A DNA stretch of 40,787 nucleotides from Jimgerdemannia flammicorona (Eukaryota): NCBI GenBank assembly GCA_003990765.1, contig RBNJ01000117.1, forward strand, positions 1 to 40,787, written 5' to 3'. This document shows positions 35,301-40,787 of the stretch, piece by piece. A program made the translations under genes and the position numbers. The stretch's first letter is position 1. Every line of letters begins with the position of its first letter. The notes under the pieces are model-generated. The model saw nothing but the letters and a program-made list of their open reading frames with translations. It was not told where the DNA came from and made no database searches.

Positions 35301-38300
35301 ATTAAATCTTTTTTTCTTTTTCCCTCTTTTGTTTGCCAATTTTGAGATGACGGTTATTGTTTTAATTCTTTCAGGAAACCAAACGAGGTAGCCGTCGATA
35401 TTGCCAACAAAGTTCGCCGTATCGCACGAATTAATTACTCAAAGGACCAGCAGCACGATAAAGCCCTCGCATTAAGCAGCATGTCTTATGACGAATTGGT
35501 CAAATCTTACCGTGAGCATAACATGTTACAGCAACTGGCGGATCTATACGACAAAAAATTGAAAAATTACATCAAAGCTGGGGATGTCTTGCAATCGCTG
35601 GATCGGCTGCAGGATGCTGCTGTATTGTACGCCAAGGATGTGTCCCAACAAGGAATGGTGTCAGCGCTTGAATGCTATTTGACTTTAGCCAGCCGAAACT
35701 CGCGTCATCTCTTCGAGACGAGAAACAGGGACGTGAGACCCATCACCGAATTTTCCTCACTCTATGACCAACAAAATGATATTGTCGTGAAAGCGGAGCA
35801 TATTATCAATAGCTTGCTCTCCAATGAAAGTAATTTGAATTCAGCATTGAACTTGATGGTGCATGAGGTGAGCGATACCTTTTGCGTGTGACCTTCTAAT
35901 ATACAGTCATCGAGCTTTAATTCTGGCAATACACATCAGCATTCACAACTATGATCTACCTTTCATGTCTCAGGTCAAACTATTCCGTTCACAACTTGGC
36001 TTGTTGTCTCCATCCCATTCACAACTTGATAACTCGTTAGATCATTTACGTGACTGTGCAATCTTTTTCCATGGGAAGTCCATCATTAATGAATACCGAT
36101 CGCTCGAAGTATATATCGGATTTGCGCTAGAGACATACGACCACAACAAGATCTCGATGGACTACTGGAAATCCGAGCTGCACTTGCTTCAGGCTCTTTG
36201 TGATTGTGTCTTCACGCTCCTGAAGGCTACCCCTCAATCGAGCAAAGATGAAAACTGGGAGGAACTGTTCTGTGTCGACACTATAAACGTTGTTGCTTCT
36301 ACCGTGGATCGAAGAGTGCACGTGCAATCACCGCTAATTCCGATCATTCTTGGCAATGCCGACAGTCAAACTTCAAATCCACAGACCGAAGATCAGAACA
36401 AATTGTTACGACCATTTGAGAACGATCCGTCATTCCATCTATGCACTTACGAGCATGTTCAACTAGCAGCACGAAAGTTGCTCTGTAGGCGTCTGTGGAT
36501 GTTTCTTGAGGATAGTGGATATTTCGCAAGAAAGTTCAAATTCTTCAGAGATCCTTGTGTCAACCAATTGATACTTAACAACTGCCGGTCTCAAGAATGT
36601 AAACATGAACACATTCATCGCATGGATCCCGAGGTGTTCTACAAACGGAGGTCATTACTGCTTTTGCAGGTCAATCTGATGCATAATTTATCAGTGCTCC
36701 GGTATCCCCACGGAGTTTTCTTGCTTGAATATCACAGGCATAATTACAAACCTTTCCTCAAGTATTGGAAGATGGAGTGGGTGGACGCCAATATATTCCA
36801 CACCATGGAGATGGAGTCCGCAAGCGTTTTACGTAAGATTGCGAGAGATGTTCCTCCGCTTGTGGTGGACGAACTTTCCAACTTAGTCACAGTAATCTGG
36901 TTGAAGGATCCGAATCCGAAAGATCCCGATTCTTATCAGTATTGGAACAACTTTGCGCGTATCACGAGAGCTGTTCTCTTGATTCAGGCGGGTATGGTTC
37001 ACAAAACGTGGATAGGATGGATCAGAAAGAAGATTTACCGGCTTGAGAGTCAAGCAGCTAGGGTCTTTCGCGATATGCCGCCTGCCGGGATCGTTTCCAA
37101 AAATGGTCGGCGACGGTATTGGATGGTGAGAGATTTTATTTACTTTTTCGAAACCCTGAATCACGGGGATCTGGAAAAGGCTTTGAAGAATGGTGACGAA
37201 TTCATCAGGTAAATTTATTATTATCCCGGTGCAGTAATTTGCCTTCAGCTACGAGGTCTTTCGTGAATGATTAACTGTCTTTCTAATATCCTTCATCTTA
37301 GATTTTGCTTAAAAAATCCAAACGAGCTTGAACTGAACCCTTGGGACCTTATCTATACGCTCGAGTACACTATCACGTTACTCATCTTCATCAATTTGGG
37401 CGGCCACGGCGTCGTGCTGCCGCGTAGCTTTTTGCAATTTTTTGTGCAAGACCATATCCATTATCTCCTTCAAAGCTCACTCTTCGCTAAAGACAATATA
37501 CTGGAAAGGCTTTGGTCTAACGCGAGCGATACGGTGATACTATTCTTTAGTCTGCTTGCAAGTAACACATGTATGTTATGTTTGTTGTTCTTCATCGATA
37601 TTTGGGTATGGGTCACAGTTATCCAGACATTACCGTGGACTTATTTCTGCTTGGTTTCATGGTGGCACCGCATAGGCCGCTTTGGATTGAAGTATACGAT
37701 GCTCCAGGTCCTCCTTGCACGCGTGGTCCGGTTAGGTATTATTCTGAGCTCAAATGATACTAACCACCGACTTGACAGTAAAATCACAAGTTACTTCCGA
37801 ACGACCGAAATTGCTAGTATCAGTACGCGTCTTTTTTCCAGATACCTTGAGGCGAAGTCATGGTACGACATGGTGGGGGCCCTGCAAACTCAGTACAGGG
37901 AGACTAACGGGATGGATGAGCTTGTGCTGTTAAAGCGTGGCCAAGGACACATCAAATATATTGCCAAGGACATTACCGTGATGCAATACGAAGATGCCGA
38001 CGGATTCCGCGCGGCGCTCTGCGAATACCGTGATGTTGACCCCGTCCTGGCCGTAGGATCACCACCGGTCGATGATGATCAGCCGATCAATCCGCACCTC
38101 GTTAAGGACTCCGATCCCATCTTTCATGACAAAGCCATTCTCATCCAGCGTTGCTTCCGCAAGCACCGGATCCGCCGGGCGGAGATAGCGAGCGGGACGG
38201 CGTACGCCGACGCAGGGTTGCAGGAAGTGTTTACGCAGATGAAAGAACTAGCGAACAGGATGCCCGGGTCAACCGAGGGGAGACTATATGCCGTCATGCT

Positions 38301-38801
38301 TCGCGGGCGGGTAGCCGAGTTGTATCATGAAATATCCAAGTGTAAGGTGGAGGTGAATTTGATGCTCAACAAGGTGCAGTACAAGCTAAAGATGTCACAG
38401 TCGGACGAGGTGGAATGGTGGTTGGAACGGTCGGATGAGTGCAAGTGAGTTCTTTTTATTGTTTGGTTGGTTAATTTTGCCAAACAACTACCAATGAATG
38501 GTGCGCTAACAGAATACAAACGTAACCCGTCACCAGCGAGAAACGCGACCTCCTCCAACCTTTCCTTGACGCGCTTTCACCTGAGAATCCGCTTCACATG
38601 AACATGCAACCCGACCGCCTAAATCGCGATTACGACAAGGCTCGCGAGATACTCGATGTCGTAAAGGCTTGGGTCGAGGAGACTTCAGCACTGCAAGAGG
38701 GCGGAAAGAGGAGGGAATCGTTTACTGCGGAGGTGCCCAAAAAAAAGAACGAGGGCACAAAGAAAGAAAAAAGGCCAATGCTTAACAATTGGGATGTTTA
38801 A
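29398..38801 (+). CDS. Large TRANK1-like UvrD/SF1 helicase with RelE-like domain, TPRs, CCCH finger and IQ motif; many introns, >2000 aa
   Basis: Walker A GRSG/TGKT is split by intron 32089-32201. Other helicase motifs: IYVDECQD, AGDTAQAVARGSLFRF, LTTNFRSH, MTVYE/AKGLEF, ELKQLYVAVTRAR. TPR-like EWDKQGRNLFERKQYEHAVFCF follows. GT-AG junctions were phase-compatible where traced; last exon 38537-38801. Confidence 0.9.
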
Positions 38802-39565
38802 GTGTTTCTCGTGTTTATTTATGGACCCATCGAGTATTTTCCAACCGTCTCCCAAACAGGGAACTGTTAGCTATCCCAAAACAGGGATCCATTGAAGGCT
38901 ATGTATATAATTATATATTATACCAATATCATGTTTATAGCGAAGTCTCTTTGGGCCAACATAACGAATGGGTCTGTTCAGCTGAGCGAGGTGCTCAACT
39001 CTATGATATCCGAATGGGAGAGCCTGGTCACATTACCACGGAAAGAACGTAAAAACTCATTTCATGCATCGCCCACGGCATGGAACAAGACAAAATACAC
39101 GAGCACGACTAGGAATTGGCAAGAATTTACAGACAAGAAATACTAAAGCACGCGAGATTCGTAAAGCGAATGCAGGGTATAATTTCCCCTCCGATAATGT
39201 TTTTGGTGCGCGTGTGGTTCCACAAAAGCAGGAACAATGTAGGGATAGAGGAAGGGAAGGGGATTGACGTCGAGGAAAAGTGTGTAGGAAGCCCCCAAGG
39301 CGGTGAGAAGATTACGACAAGCGATCTAGACTATATATTCCAACGGCGCGACGCCCACCTCGCCCCACCGTTTCCACTCCGTCTGCCCCCGGCTAAGTCC
39401 GCACATAACCGTGCAGGGAACGGCAAATCGATCCGACCACTGCACCAACGACGCGCACAAGTTCAACTCAAAACTACGCCTCCCGTCCGTCCACCCAGCA
39501 GACCAGACGGCCTTGTCCAACCCCTACGACCTGACAAGTATTGACAACCCCGGACCACGATCCCC

Positions 39566-40787
39566 TCAGGCACCCATGCGTAGCCTCGACACTTCGTCAA
39601 GCAGGCGCTGTGCCGTGCCGGGACACTCGCGTTCGACATCCTCGAACGCACGCTTGAGGGAATCAAGCGCCATCTGGCCACCCCAGCTCTCACATTGGGA
39701 GTGCATCTGAAGATGTATACATCAAGGGATAATTCGTGGAACAGGTCATCAGTGACACAATTAAAGTGTGCATGGAATATCTATAATAATAAATCCCCCC
39801 CCTTCCCAAAAAAAAAAAAAAATTCCAGACAACGCTACACACCCGAGAGAGCACCGGCGTGATAGCGTTGGACAACAGGGCCTGACTCGACGCCACAAGC
39901 GAAACCTTATGTGACGATGGTGGATGCTGGCGTGGGGCGTAATCAGGCTTTTGTGGTCGCTGACGTCCACTGCTGTTGTTGCTGCCGCTGCTGCTGCTGC
40001 TGATGACGTTGAGATTGGTACTGCTATTGTTATTGACCTTGACGGTCTCATACCCTAATTCAGGCGCCTGTAGGTTCTCGACGCCGGCCTAAATCAAAAG
40101 AAAAGGAATATGAGCAATAGAGATGCGAATTAGACGGACACACGACGAAATCATGTGCATAGGGACCCTTACCGACACCTCCCCGGTCGTCGACATGTTG
40201 TTCGACAAGTTGTTCGAGGACGACCTCGGTTTGATGATGGCGGCCCGTACCGTCGCATCTGTCATCTCCGTGCCGTTCGATGACGACGCCGACGACGACT
40301 GCACGGGTTTTGGCGGCGGCAGTGGGGGCAACGGTTTCGCGGGCATGGATGCCGATCGCCCGTGCTGCTGCTGCGCTTGCCGAGGAGACGCGGGCTGCCG
40401 AACGGTGCCAAAGTCCCAGCCATCGCCGTAGATGGTCGGTGGTCTATAAGGAGACGAGAAGGTGTTGCGACGGGTCAATATCGAGCTAGCACTCCTCGAT
40501 ATCCACCGCGGGTAATGGACTGGCCCACATGATATATGTAATTTCAAAAAAAAAGGGACAGGGTCACGTACCCGCCTTCATCGTCCGAGGATTCGTCATC
40601 ATGCGCGCCGCCCTCCGCCAGCCAGCGTTCGTGTTTCTCAATCAGTTCGGTGAGGTAGGACACCTTTTTCGCGTTCTTGATGAATTTGTGCTTTAAAAGA
40701 TCCTTCGCCGAAGGTCGCTGAGCGGTTTAAGCAAAATGCACGTTCAACACAGAACAAGCGCTTCCGTGACATACAACATCCCAAAAA
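39566..40787 (-). CDS. 3' part of a Ste20-family GCK-III (MST3/STK24/STK25-like) kinase; the gene continues beyond the window
   Basis: Kinase end RPSAKDLLKHKFIKNAKKVSYLTELIE, then WDFGTVR, then C-terminal ALDSLKRAFEDVERECPGTAQRLL (GCK-III dimerisation-type domain). Stop TGA at 39566. Confidence 0.9.

Overview
Eukaryotic, fungal DNA: spliceosomal introns and the alpha-aminoadipate-pathway gene LYS1. The intron-rich genes and family content suggest an early-diverging fungus such as Mucoromycota (inference only). The window has two sharply separated compartments. (1) 1 to ~22,000 is an AT-rich, almost CpG-free block of decayed transposons. It holds a full-length minus-strand Ty3/Gypsy element (1490-11010) with a dUTPase between protease and RT and 1.6-kb LTRs that each carry a relic ~285-codon ORF in U3. 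It also holds a hAT-type foldback MITE inserted in that element, a 5'-truncated chromovirus, LINE relics, a hAT BED-finger relic and minisatellites. The block shows C>T/G>A hypermutation that also hits non-CpG sites (RIP-like). (2) ~22,000-40,787 is gene-rich: an At4g00755-like F-box gene, LYS1, a large TRANK1-like SF1 helicase gene and the 3' end of a GCK-III (MST3/STK24-like) kinase. Best candidate for an undescribed system: once spliced by hand, the TRANK1-like protein contains a RelE/ParE toxin-fold domain spread over four exons, fused to an SF1 helicase, TPRs, a CCCH finger and an IQ motif. That resembles a single-chain sensor-effector immune or RNA-surveillance protein. Exon structures and domain calls were made by eye, without searches.
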